Shown piece after piece: positions 1 through 8,089 of a DNA stretch of 48,248 nt. Source of the stretch: an uncultured Gammaproteobacteria bacterium (GTDB taxonomy: Bacteria; Patescibacteriota; Microgenomatia; UBA1406; HO2-37-13b). Both the position numbers and the translations under genes were made by a program. The notes under the pieces were generated by a model, which ran no database searches, was not told where the DNA came from, and saw nothing but the letters and a program-made list of their open reading frames with translations. The number at the start of each line of letters is the position of its first letter. Within the stretch, counting starts at the first letter, position 1. Where the stretch lies: NCBI GenBank assembly GCA_964636045.1, contig CAZWRH010000001.1:1-48248 (forward strand), written 5' to 3'.

Positions 1-327
1 ACTTTCTTTAATAAAGTCGGTAATATTTCCTGCAAGATCAACTGATAGTTGGAATTGTTCATATGTTCTTTCATTCATGAAATATAAAAATTCATGATCT
101 TTATATAAGTATTGAAGTTCAACTGCTTCAATATCAACAGTTTCAACTTCTTCTTGAGATTTAAAAGTATACGAAAAACTTTTTCCAGATTTAATATTTT
201 TTAGATTCGTTCGCATTAAAGCAGATCCTTTTCCAGGAGAATAAAATTCTGTTTTTAAAACAGCAGTGATTTCTCCGTTATATAGGATAAATTCACCTTT
301 TTTTAAATTTCCGGCATTAGTTCTCAT
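1..327 (-). CDS. efp: Elongation factor P, N-terminal part (3' end runs off the window)
   Basis: Reverse-strand translation from the ATG at 327 gives MRTNAGNLKKGEFILYNGEITAVLKTEFYSPGKGSALMRTNLKNIKSGKSF... This has the EF-P domain I pattern, including the PGKG loop. Confidence 0.85.
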   Translation of the reverse strand, partial: MRTNAGNLKKGEFILYNGEITAVLKTEFYSPGKGSALMRTNLKNIKSGKSFSYTFKSQEEVETVDIEAVELQYLYKDHEFLYFMNERTYEQFQLSVDLAGNITDFIKES

Positions 328-335
328 GATGATAA

Positions 336-344
336 ATTATAGCA
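336..344 (-). promoter_or_regulatory. Extended -10 (TGcTATAAT) 8 nt upstream of the efp ATG
   Basis: The minus strand reads TGCTATAAT-ttatcatc-ATG(327). Confidence 0.45.
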
Positions 345-362
345 AAATATTTCAAAAAGTGA

Positions 363-391
363 TTGATTTTTTATTTTTTATTACTTATAAA
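363..391 (+). promoter_or_regulatory. Sigma-70-type promoter TTGATT-17-TATAAA, 6 nt before the ATG at 398
   Basis: TTGATT at 363-368, a 17-nt spacer, TATAAA at 386-391, then taacat and the ATG. Confidence 0.45.
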
Positions 392-397
392 TAACAT

Positions 398-2128
398 ATG
401 ACAGAAATAAATACAGAAACTTCTCAAAAAACTTCTTTAAATAATGGAATAGAAAAATCTCTTTCTTCAGTTATGAAAAGACTTCAAGAGCAAGCGGGTT
501 TAAAAGATATTAAGTTAGATGAGAATAATAATCCAGTGGTTCCATCAATCGATGAAATAATTAAAAAAGATATAGTAACGGCTGAATTATCAGAGCAAGA
601 TAAAGAATTAAAGCGTCAAAATGAACTTAGAGAAGAATTGCAGTCTTATGTTAAAGAGAGAGATATGTTATCTATTAAAGCTGATGAATTAATGCAAAAA
701 TATTTAGACATATCAAAAGTTCATGGAGATTTAAGAGATCACATTAGAGGATTACATCAACTTTTTGATGAGTATAAAATTAAAAATAAAATATTTTTTA
801 ATAATGCTGGTATTAATACAATTGAAGATTTTTTAGAAAAATTTAAAAATACCGCAGAAATTAGAGAGTATTTTTTAGTTAAACAAAAAATAAAAGATAG
901 TATTTATGGAACAGAAGATGGAAGATTGCCAAATGTTGTTGATGAAGCTCGAACTACAAAACAAGAAGTAACATCTTTAGTCAATATGCCTCAAGATTCT
1001 TTTAGGCCAGCAATTTTTGAAAAAGTTGAAGAGAGAAAGTCTGAACTTGATCAGCAGATTATAGAGAAAAGAATGGATATTCCAGACGAAAAAGAAAAAT
1101 TATTTAAAGAAACAGCACTAAAAATATACGATCTTCTTGATGCAGATTTTGGAAAATCTTTTTCATCAAGTGACATACAATCTTTAATTAAAGATTTTTT
1201 ACTAGATAAGGTTGACAATTATAGTTTTAAAAATAATTTTTATTTAGGTAACGATATTTTTGCTAAAAATGGAGAAAAACTCTTAGAACTTTCAGAAAAA
1301 TTTGGTAACGATTTTTTAATTGCTTCTGTAAAGAATTTTTATTTTTCAAAAATAGAACAATCTGCGTCGGAATTACTAAATGGCAATAATTTAACTAATA
1401 AAGTTACTTCGTTAAAAGAAAAAATAAACGAAAAAATAGACTTAAATTTTTCTAGTTTTCAGCTAAATAAATTTAGTAAGGAAAACCCTAAAGCTGAGGA
1501 TTTAGTTAGAGATTTTAATTATTATGACTTTAATAAAGAAAAGATCACTAATGGAATCTTTGAAATAAAAAAAATAGTTTCAGAACTTGGGTTAGTTGAT
1601 AGCGAAGTTGCAAAAGTCTCTCTTGAAAAAGGTATTTATCATAGTGATCCTGAATCATTTCATGTATCAATTCCAAGTTTAGAAGCAAAATGGGATGAAT
1701 CAATTAGTGAATATAAAAAAATAGTTAAAGAACTTGATGATACTGATATGACTTTGAGAAATGAAGAAAATAATCCTCCAGGATTATTGAGATTTTGGCA
1801 AAAAAAAGAATATGAACAAAAAATTGTTGATTTAAAAACAAAACTAGTTGGTTTAAAAACAGCTAAGATTGATAGGGAGGCTGTTAATAAAGAAACTGCA
1901 GATAATTATAGAGAAACAAATAGAGCAATTGATCGTGTTATTAACTTAATTAAACCATTGGGTTTTTCAATTGATGTTGGTAATATGACAATTTCAGAAA
2001 TTGTGACAAAGATTGATTTATTCGTTAATGACTTTAAATTTAGTGCAGAGGAAAGTTCTTTAATTGAAAAGTATAAAGCCTTAAAAGATGACCTTTTAAT
2101 AAAAAGAAAAAAACTTGGTTTTTATTAA
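398..2128 (+). CDS. Hypothetical protein, highly charged (K/E/D-rich), probably long coiled-coil; no TM segment or signal peptide
   Basis: 576-aa ORF with no competing frame. I recognise no catalytic motif. The composition is heptad-like and K/E-rich. Confidence 0.6.
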   Translation: MTEINTETSQKTSLNNGIEKSLSSVMKRLQEQAGLKDIKLDENNNPVVPSIDEIIKKDIVTAELSEQDKELKRQNELREELQSYVKERDMLSIKADELMQKYLDISKVHGDLRDHIRGLHQLFDEYKIKNKIFFNNAGINTIEDFLEKFKNTAEIREYFLVKQKIKDSIYGTEDGRLPNVVDEARTTKQEVTSLVNMPQDSFRPAIFEKVEERKSELDQQIIEKRMDIPDEKEKLFKETALKIYDLLDADFGKSFSSSDIQSLIKDFLLDKVDNYSFKNNFYLGNDIFAKNGEKLLELSEKFGNDFLIASVKNFYFSKIEQSASELLNGNNLTNKVTSLKEKINEKIDLNFSSFQLNKFSKENPKAEDLVRDFNYYDFNKEKITNGIFEIKKIVSELGLVDSEVAKVSLEKGIYHSDPESFHVSIPSLEAKWDESISEYKKIVKELDDTDMTLRNEENNPPGLLRFWQKKEYEQKIVDLKTKLVGLKTAKIDREAVNKETADNYRETNRAIDRVINLIKPLGFSIDVGNMTISEIVTKIDLFVNDFKFSAEESSLIEKYKALKDDLLIKRKKLGFY

Positions 2129-2145
2129 ATCAAGTTTAACTTCCT

Positions 2146-2154
2146 TGTTATAAT
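2146..2154 (+). promoter_or_regulatory. Extended -10 (TGtTATAAT) 6 nt upstream of the rarA ATG
   Basis: TGTTATAAT at 2146-2154, then atcttc and ATG(2161). Confidence 0.45.
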
Positions 2155-2160
2155 ATCTTC

Positions 2161-3390
2161 ATGAGTTTATTTTCAAATGACGATTCTACTTATATTCCAT
2201 TATCAGAAAAAGTTAGACCAAAAACATTTGAAGATTTTTTTGGACAATCAGAATTAGTTGGTAATAATAAAATTCTAAAAAAACTTATTGAGACTGACCA
2301 GATTCCTTCAATGATTTTTTGGGGTCCTCCAGGAGTTGGTAAAACTACCTTAGCTAAAATAATTGCTAAAAAAACTAATGGAAAGTTTGTACAATTTTCA
2401 GCAGTTGTAAATGGAATTAAAGAAGTCAAAGATGTTATTCAAGAAGCAAGTCAAAATAAAAAAATGTTTAGTCAAAAAACCATTTTATTTATTGATGAAA
2501 TACATAGATTTAACAAAGCTCAACAAGACGCGTTTTTGCCTCATATTGAAAATGGTTCAATAATTTTAATTGGTGCAACAACAGAAAATCCTTCTTTTTC
2601 AGTTAATGGAGCACTTCTTTCTCGTTGTAAAGTTTTTGTTTTTAAAGCGTTAGAAAAAAGCGATTTAGAAAAAATAATCATTAATGCTATTTCAAATTTT
2701 TATAAAGATAAAAAAATTAAAATTGAAAAAGATACGATTTCTTATCTTGCTAATATGGCAAATGGAGATGCTAGAGTAGTTTTAAATGCGCTTGAAATTG
2801 CAGTTAATTTATCAAAATCTAAAAATAAAATTGTAATTAATAATGAAAAAATTAAAGAAGCATTGCAAAAAACTCATCTTTTATATGATAAAAAAGGAGA
2901 AGAGCATTATAATTTAATTTCTGCACTCCATAAATCAATGCGTGGATCAGATGCGGATGCTAGTTTATATTGGTTGGTTAGAATGTTAGAAAGCGGAGAA
3001 GATCCTCTTTATATTGCCCGACGTATTGTTAGATTTGCAAGCGAAGATATTGGTATGGCAAATTCGCAAGCTTTGGTTCAGGCAGTTGCAGCTTATGATG
3101 CCTGTCGTTTTATCGGTATGCCGGAGTGTGGAGTAAATTTGGCTCAAGCTGTTGTTTATATGGCAATGTCAAAAAAAAGCAATTTACTTTACAAAGGTTA
3201 TAATAAAGTTAAAGAAGAAGTATTAAACAATCCAAACGATCCTGTTCCACTTCATTTGAGAAATGCTCCAACAAAACTGATGAAGCAATTAGATTATGGT
3301 AAAAATTATAAATATAATCCTGATTATAAAGAACCAGTTAATCAAGACTATCTACCTTCAAAACTAAAGAACAAAAAATTTCTATCTTGA
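2161..3390 (+). CDS. rarA: Replication-associated recombination protein A (RarA/MgsA AAA+ ATPase)
   Basis: Walker A GPPGVGKTTLA, Walker [17 protein letters not shown], and the MgsA C-terminal signature YHYNLISALHKSMRGSDADASLYWLVRMLESGEDPLYIARR. Confidence 0.9.
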   Translation: MSLFSNDDSTYIPLSEKVRPKTFEDFFGQSELVGNNKILKKLIETDQIPSMIFWGPPGVGKTTLAKIIAKKTNGKFVQFSAVVNGIKEVKDVIQEASQNKKMFSQKTILFIDEIHRFNKAQQDAFLPHIENGSIILIGATTENPSFSVNGALLSRCKVFVFKALEKSDLEKIIINAISNFYKDKKIKIEKDTISYLANMANGDARVVLNALEIAVNLSKSKNKIVINNEKIKEALQKTHLLYDKKGEEHYNLISALHKSMRGSDADASLYWLVRMLESGEDPLYIARRIVRFASEDIGMANSQALVQAVAAYDACRFIGMPECGVNLAQAVVYMAMSKKSNLLYKGYNKVKEEVLNNPNDPVPLHLRNAPTKLMKQLDYGKNYKYNPDYKEPVNQDYLPSKLKNKKFLS

Positions 3391-3396
3391 CAAAAA

Positions 3397-3423
3397 TTAG
3401 CACTTATGTTATTCTTTTGCTAA
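3397..3423 (+). promoter_or_regulatory. CIRCE-like HrcA operator (TTAGCACTT-N9-TTTTGCTAA) overlapping the putative hrcA promoter
   Basis: The inverted repeat TTAGCA...TGCTAA has the canonical 9-nt core spacing (consensus TTAGCACTC-N9-GAGTGCTAA). It ends 10 nt before the hrcA ATG. Confidence 0.65.
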
Positions 3424-3433
3424 CAGTAAAAAT

Positions 3434-4174
3434 ATGGATAATTTAACACCTAGACAAACCGAAATTTTAAAAACAATTATCAATGAATATACCTTAACCG
3501 GTGAGCCAGTTGGTAGTGAAATTTTGGATAAAAAATATAACCTTGGAGTGTCGCCAGCAACGGTTAGAAATGAAATGATGGAGCTTGCAAAAAAAGGCTA
3601 TATGAAAAAGGAGCATTTTTCATCAGGTAGAATTCCAACTCCAAAAGCATTTAGATTTTATATCAAAAATTTAATGAAAGAGAAAGAATTATCAACAGCT
3701 GATGAAGTTTCTTATAAAAATGATATTTGGGATTATCGAGATGAAACACATAAATTATTACAAAATGCTACTAAAATATTAGCAGAAAAAACCGATCTTT
3801 TAGCTGTTACAACAACAAATTTAGGTGATATCCATTATTTTGGAGTTGATAATATTTTAGGAACAAAAGAGTTTTTAGATGTAGAGCTAGCAAGACTTTT
3901 TTTTGGAAGACTTGATGAAACAAGATTTTGGAATGAAATTATGAATGATATAAAAAATTTTGAAAATGATATCGCATATTTACTTGGAGATGAAGGTGCT
4001 TCTTTTGAACCGCTTGATAAATGTGCTTATGTTTTTGGTGAATTTGAAGGTGAAAAAATAAAAGGAAAAATTGGAGTTTTAGGTCCACGTAGAATGAAAT
4101 ACGATTACGTTGTTCCAAACGTTAGATATTTCACAAATCTTATTGAAAAAATTATTAAAGAGCAAGGTCTTTAA
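3434..4174 (+). CDS. hrcA: Heat-inducible transcription repressor HrcA (short form, 246 aa)
   Basis: N-terminal winged-helix signature LTPRQTEILKTIINEYTLTGEPVGSEIL...GVSPATVRNEMMELAKKGYM. It sits first in the hrcA-grpE-dnaK-dnaJ gene order. Confidence 0.85.
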   Translation: MDNLTPRQTEILKTIINEYTLTGEPVGSEILDKKYNLGVSPATVRNEMMELAKKGYMKKEHFSSGRIPTPKAFRFYIKNLMKEKELSTADEVSYKNDIWDYRDETHKLLQNATKILAEKTDLLAVTTTNLGDIHYFGVDNILGTKEFLDVELARLFFGRLDETRFWNEIMNDIKNFENDIAYLLGDEGASFEPLDKCAYVFGEFEGEKIKGKIGVLGPRRMKYDYVVPNVRYFTNLIEKIIKEQGL

Positions 4175-4201
4175 ATTATTAAAAGTTAATCTTTAAAAAA
4201 T

Positions 4202-4738
4202 ATGACAGATAAGGCTGATGATAAACAAAAAAAAGATCAAAATAATAAAAATGAATCTGATTTTGAACAAAGAGATAAAAAAACCATAAATCAAAACGAA
4301 AATGAATGTAAATGTGGTGACGAATGTAAATGTAACAACAAAGAAACAGAGGAGTATAAAAATAAATATTTGAGAACTTTAGCCGATTATCACAATTTAG
4401 AAAAACGAATTTCTCAACAATTTGATGATATTCAAAAACGAGCTAATAAAAATTTGATTTTAAAATTTTTAGAAGTTTTGGATAATTTAGAAAAAGCAGA
4501 AATATTTGTAAAAGATGAAGGGTTAAAGATAATTAAAGACAGTTTTGTGAAGATTTTGAAAACAGAAGGCGTTGAAGAAATGGATTTAAAAAATAAAGAG
4601 TATGATCCATTTTTAGCAGAGTGCATTGAGGTTGTATCAGGAGAAGATGATAATAGAATTGTTGAAGTCTTGAAAAAAGGTTACAAAATTAAGGGTGATG
4701 TTTTAAGAATTGCCCAAGTAAAAGTTAGTCAAAAATAA
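4202..4738 (+). CDS. grpE: Nucleotide exchange factor GrpE, with a Cys-rich N-terminal tail
   Basis: YKNKYLRTLADYHNLEKR, then the C-terminal beta domain ...GYKIKGDVLRIAQVKV. It lies between hrcA and dnaK. Confidence 0.9.
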   Translation: MTDKADDKQKKDQNNKNESDFEQRDKKTINQNENECKCGDECKCNNKETEEYKNKYLRTLADYHNLEKRISQQFDDIQKRANKNLILKFLEVLDNLEKAEIFVKDEGLKIIKDSFVKILKTEGVEEMDLKNKEYDPFLAECIEVVSGEDDNRIVEVLKKGYKIKGDVLRIAQVKVSQK

Positions 4739-4747
4739 TTAATAGTT

Positions 4748-4770
4748 TCCGCGAAAAAATGCGGGTTTTT
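4748..4770 (+). terminator. Weak hairpin plus T-run between grpE and dnaK (possible partial terminator or processing site)
   Basis: ccgc-gaaaaaat-gcgg followed by gttttt. The stem is only 4-5 bp. Confidence 0.3.
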
Positions 4771-4780
4771 ATAAATAAAT

Positions 4781-6688
4781 ATGGCAAAAATAATAGGAAT
4801 AGATTTAGGAACAACTAATTCATGTGTTGCAGTTATGGAGGGAGGAAAACCAAAAGTTATTCACTCAAAAGAAGGAAGAAATGTTATTCCTTCAGTAGTT
4901 GATGTTGCAAAAAGAGTTGTTGGTGATGTTGCAAAAAGACAAATGATCATCAACCCAAAAAATGTTATTTTTTCAGTCAAAAGACTTATGGGTCGAAAAT
5001 TTTCAGATCCATCAGTTCAAAAAGACATGAAAGATTTCTTGCCTTATAAAGTAGTCGAAGGTAGAGATGGAATGGCAATGGTTGAAGTAAATGGAAAAAC
5101 TTACACACCACAAGAAATTTCTGCAATGGTTCTAACAAAAATTAAAGAAGATGCAGAAAGTTATTTAGGTGAAAAAGTTACTAAAGCAGTTATTACAGTT
5201 CCAGCATATTTTGACGATGCACAAAGACAAGCTACAAAACAAGCTGGTGAGATTGCAGGTTTGGAAGTTTTGAGAATTATTAATGAACCAACAGCCGCAT
5301 CTTTAGCTTATGGATTGGATAAAAAACAACTTCATAATATTGCGGTTTATGATATGGGTGGAGGAACATTTGATATTACAGTTTTAGAACTTGGAGAAGG
5401 AGTTTTTCAAGTTAAAGCAACAAATGGAGATACACATTTAGGAGGAGATGATTTTGATAAAGTAATTGTTGATTTTTTAGCTGAAGAGTTTAAAAAAGAA
5501 AATGCTGGAATTGATCTTAAAAAAGATCCTCAAGCACTTCAAAGACTTAGAGATGGAGCTGAAAAAGCCAAAATTGAACTTTCAACATCTCTTGAAGCTG
5601 AAATTAATTTGCCATTTGTTACAGTAAAAGATAATCAACCAATTCATTTTGTTTACAAATTAACGAGAGCAAAACTTGAATCTTTAGTTGATCCATTAAT
5701 TGAAAAATCTTTTACCCCAGTAAAAAATTGTTTAAAAGACTCAAAAATTGATGTAAAAGACATTAATGAAGTAATTTTAGTTGGAGGAATGACAAGAATG
5801 CCAAAAATCGTTGATAAAGTTAAATCATTCTTTTCAAAAGAACCAAATAAATCAGTTAATCCTGACGAAGCAGTTGCTGTTGGAGCAGCAATTCAAGCCG
5901 GTATTATTGGAGGAGAAGTTCATGATGTTGTTTTACTTGATGTCACTCCTTTAACATTAGGAGTTGAAACTTTAGGAGGAGTTGCTACTCCACTTATTAA
6001 CAGAAACACAACAGTTCCAACTGCTAAATCAGAAATATTTTCAACAGCAGCTGATAATCAAACTCAAGTTGAGATCAATATTGTTCAAGGAGAAAGACCT
6101 TTGGCAAAAGATAATAAATCTTTAGGAAGATTTATTCTTGATGGTATTCCACCAGCTCCAAGAGGAGTTCCTCAAGTTGAGGTTACTTTTGACCTTGATG
6201 CAAATGGAATCTTAACAGTCACAGCAAAAGATAAAGCATCAGGAAAAGTTCAAAGTATAAAGATTACTGGATCAACTGGTTTAACTAAAGAAGAAATTGA
6301 AAAAATGAAAGAAGAAGCTGAGAAACATGCTGAAGAAGATAAACAAGAAAAAGAAAAGATTGAGGTTAAAAACCATGCTGATACATTAATTTACACAGCT
6401 GAAAAATCTTTAAAAGACGCTGGAGACAAAGTTCCGGCTGATGTAAAAAAAGAGATTGAGGAAAAAACAAAAGCATTAAAGGATATATTACCAACTGGAA
6501 CAAAGGAAGAAGTTGAGGCAAAAACCAAAGACTTATCTGATTCTGTTTCAAAAATTGGTCAATATATGAATCAACAACCTCCTCAACCAGAAGGTGCTCA
6601 ACCATCTGGTGACGCAAAACCAAATGAGGAAGCTGCTTCAACTGATCCAAAAAATGGAAAGGTAGAAGAAGGCGAGGTTGTAAGCTAA
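4781..6688 (+). CDS. dnaK: Molecular chaperone DnaK (Hsp70)
   Basis: [22 protein letters not shown]-type motif ([13 protein letters not shown]), [13 protein letters not shown], and a C-terminal EEVD-like acidic tail. Confidence 0.98.
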   Translation: MAKIIGIDLGTTNSCVAVMEGGKPKVIHSKEGRNVIPSVVDVAKRVVGDVAKRQMIINPKNVIFSVKRLMGRKFSDPSVQKDMKDFLPYKVVEGRDGMAMVEVNGKTYTPQEISAMVLTKIKEDAESYLGEKVTKAVITVPAYFDDAQRQATKQAGEIAGLEVLRIINEPTAASLAYGLDKKQLHNIAVYDMGGGTFDITVLELGEGVFQVKATNGDTHLGGDDFDKVIVDFLAEEFKKENAGIDLKKDPQALQRLRDGAEKAKIELSTSLEAEINLPFVTVKDNQPIHFVYKLTRAKLESLVDPLIEKSFTPVKNCLKDSKIDVKDINEVILVGGMTRMPKIVDKVKSFFSKEPNKSVNPDEAVAVGAAIQAGIIGGEVHDVVLLDVTPLTLGVETLGGVATPLINRNTTVPTAKSEIFSTAADNQTQVEINIVQGERPLAKDNKSLGRFILDGIPPAPRGVPQVEVTFDLDANGILTVTAKDKASGKVQSIKITGSTGLTKEEIEKMKEEAEKHAEEDKQEKEKIEVKNHADTLIYTAEKSLKDAGDKVPADVKKEIEEKTKALKDILPTGTKEEVEAKTKDLSDSVSKIGQYMNQQPPQPEGAQPSGDAKPNEEAASTDPKNGKVEEGEVVS

Positions 6689-6708
6689 ACAAGAAAAAGT
6701 TATAATTA

Positions 6709-6747
6709 GACCCGTCTACTAAAAAAGTAGACGGGCTAGTTTTTTTT
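6709..6747 (+). terminator. Rho-independent terminator after dnaK
   Basis: 9-bp GC-rich stem cccgtctac/gtagacggg (6711-6719 / 6727-6735), a 7-nt loop, then ctag plus T8. Confidence 0.8.
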
Positions 6748-6753
6748 AAAAAT

Positions 6754-7614
6754 ATGGCAAAAGATTATTATTCAATACTAGGAGTTTCAAAAACTGCAAG
6801 TGAATCAGAAATAAAAGCAGCTTATAGAAAGGCTGCTTTAAAATGGCATCCTGATAAAAATAAAACAGCAGAAGCTTCTAGTAAATTTAAAGAAATAAAT
6901 AAAGCCTTTGAGGTTTTATCAGATCCGAAAAAGAAACAAATATATGACCAAGTAGGTGCAGAAGCTTACGAGAGAAATGGTTATGGTAGTGCTTCTTCAG
7001 GACAAAATCCATATGGAGCAGGTGGTCCATTCTCATATACATATTCTTCTTCAGGTGGAAATCCTTTTGAGGGTTTTGATATGGGAGGTTTTTCTGATCC
7101 ATTTGATATATTTGAACAATTTTTTGGTGGAGGTAGTGGAGGAAGATCAAGAAGACAACGTAGAATGGTCTACCAAATAGACATTTCTTTTAAAGAAGCA
7201 GTTTTAGGAGTTACAAAAGAAGTTTCTATTGAAGGGCAAAGGAAAACTATAAAGATACCAGCAGGAGTTGATAGTGGAAATAGAATTAGATTTTCTGATT
7301 TTGACATTGTAGTTTCAGTTCGATCTGATTCAAAATTTAAAAGAAATGGCCAGGATATTTATATAGAAACTCCAATTTCATTAACTCAAGCAATTTTAGG
7401 ATCGGAAGTTGAAGTAGTAACGGTTACAGAAAAAATTAAAGTAAAAGTAAAATCAGGCACACAACCTAATACAATGCTTAGAGTTAAAGGCAAAGGAATT
7501 CCATTTCCAAATTCATCACGAGTTGGAGATTTATATTTAGTTTTTAAAATAACTATTCCAGAAAAAATTTCTTCAAAACAAAAAAAACTAATTGAAGAAT
7601 TTGAAAGGAGCTAA
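6754..7614 (+). CDS. dnaJ: J-domain co-chaperone (DnaJ/CbpA-like, class II: J domain + G/F region + C-terminal substrate domains, no zinc-finger domain)
   Basis: DYYSILGV...AYRKAALKWHPDKN (HPD motif) and a G/F-rich linker. There are no CxxCxGxG repeats, and no Cys anywhere in the protein. Confidence 0.85.
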   Translation: MAKDYYSILGVSKTASESEIKAAYRKAALKWHPDKNKTAEASSKFKEINKAFEVLSDPKKKQIYDQVGAEAYERNGYGSASSGQNPYGAGGPFSYTYSSSGGNPFEGFDMGGFSDPFDIFEQFFGGGSGGRSRRQRRMVYQIDISFKEAVLGVTKEVSIEGQRKTIKIPAGVDSGNRIRFSDFDIVVSVRSDSKFKRNGQDIYIETPISLTQAILGSEVEVVTVTEKIKVKVKSGTQPNTMLRVKGKGIPFPNSSRVGDLYLVFKITIPEKISSKQKKLIEEFERS

Positions 7615-7620
7615 TGGGTG

Positions 7621-7649
7621 TTGCATAAAACCAGTTTTTAAAGTATAAT
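7621..7649 (+). promoter_or_regulatory. Sigma-70-type promoter TTGCAT-17-TATAAT, 9 nt before the rpsO ATG
   Basis: TTGCAT at 7621-7626, a 17-nt spacer, TATAAT at 7644-7649, ATG at 7659. Confidence 0.6.
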
Positions 7650-7658
7650 TTTGAAATT

Positions 7659-8075
7659 ATGAAAACAAAAAAAACCGAAAAAACAAAGAAAGAAGTAGTT
7701 AAAAAAACTTCTAAAACAACAGTAAAAAAAGCTGAAAAAGTAATTTCTCCAAAAGTAGAAGTAAAAAAAGAGATTAAAGCCGAAAAAGAAGTAAAAACAA
7801 AAGTCGGTGAATTATCTAATGAAGATAAACAAGCTATTATTAACCAATTCGCTATCAAAGAAGGCGATACTGGTTCTCCTGAAGTACAAGTCGCAATTTT
7901 AACTCAAAAAATTAATAATTTAGTTGAACATTTAGATCAAAACCCAAAAGATAATCACTCAAGACGTGGACTTTTGAAAGTAGTTGCAAAAAGAAGAAGA
8001 ATCTTAAACTACTTAAAAACAAAGTCTGAAGATAGATACAAACTTCTTATCAAGAAACTTGATCTAAAGAAATAA
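7659..8075 (+). CDS. rpsO: 30S ribosomal protein S15 with a ~50-aa Lys-rich N-terminal extension
   Basis: The C-terminal ~88 aa match S15 ([24 protein letters not shown]...[20 protein letters not shown]). The N-terminal part is a KKE-rich tail. Confidence 0.9.
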   Translation: MKTKKTEKTKKEVVKKTSKTTVKKAEKVISPKVEVKKEIKAEKEVKTKVGELSNEDKQAIINQFAIKEGDTGSPEVQVAILTQKINNLVEHLDQNPKDNHSRRGLLKVVAKRRRILNYLKTKSEDRYKLLIKKLDLKK

Positions 8076-8089
8076 CTTCAAAACATTTT

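Noticed and set aside
6366-7180. ORFs 6366-6692(-), 6887-7150(-) and 6956-7180(+) overlapping the dnaK 3' end and the dnaJ G/F region
   Set aside because: They are alternative-frame or antisense ORFs within strongly supported chaperone genes, and their translations are repetitive.
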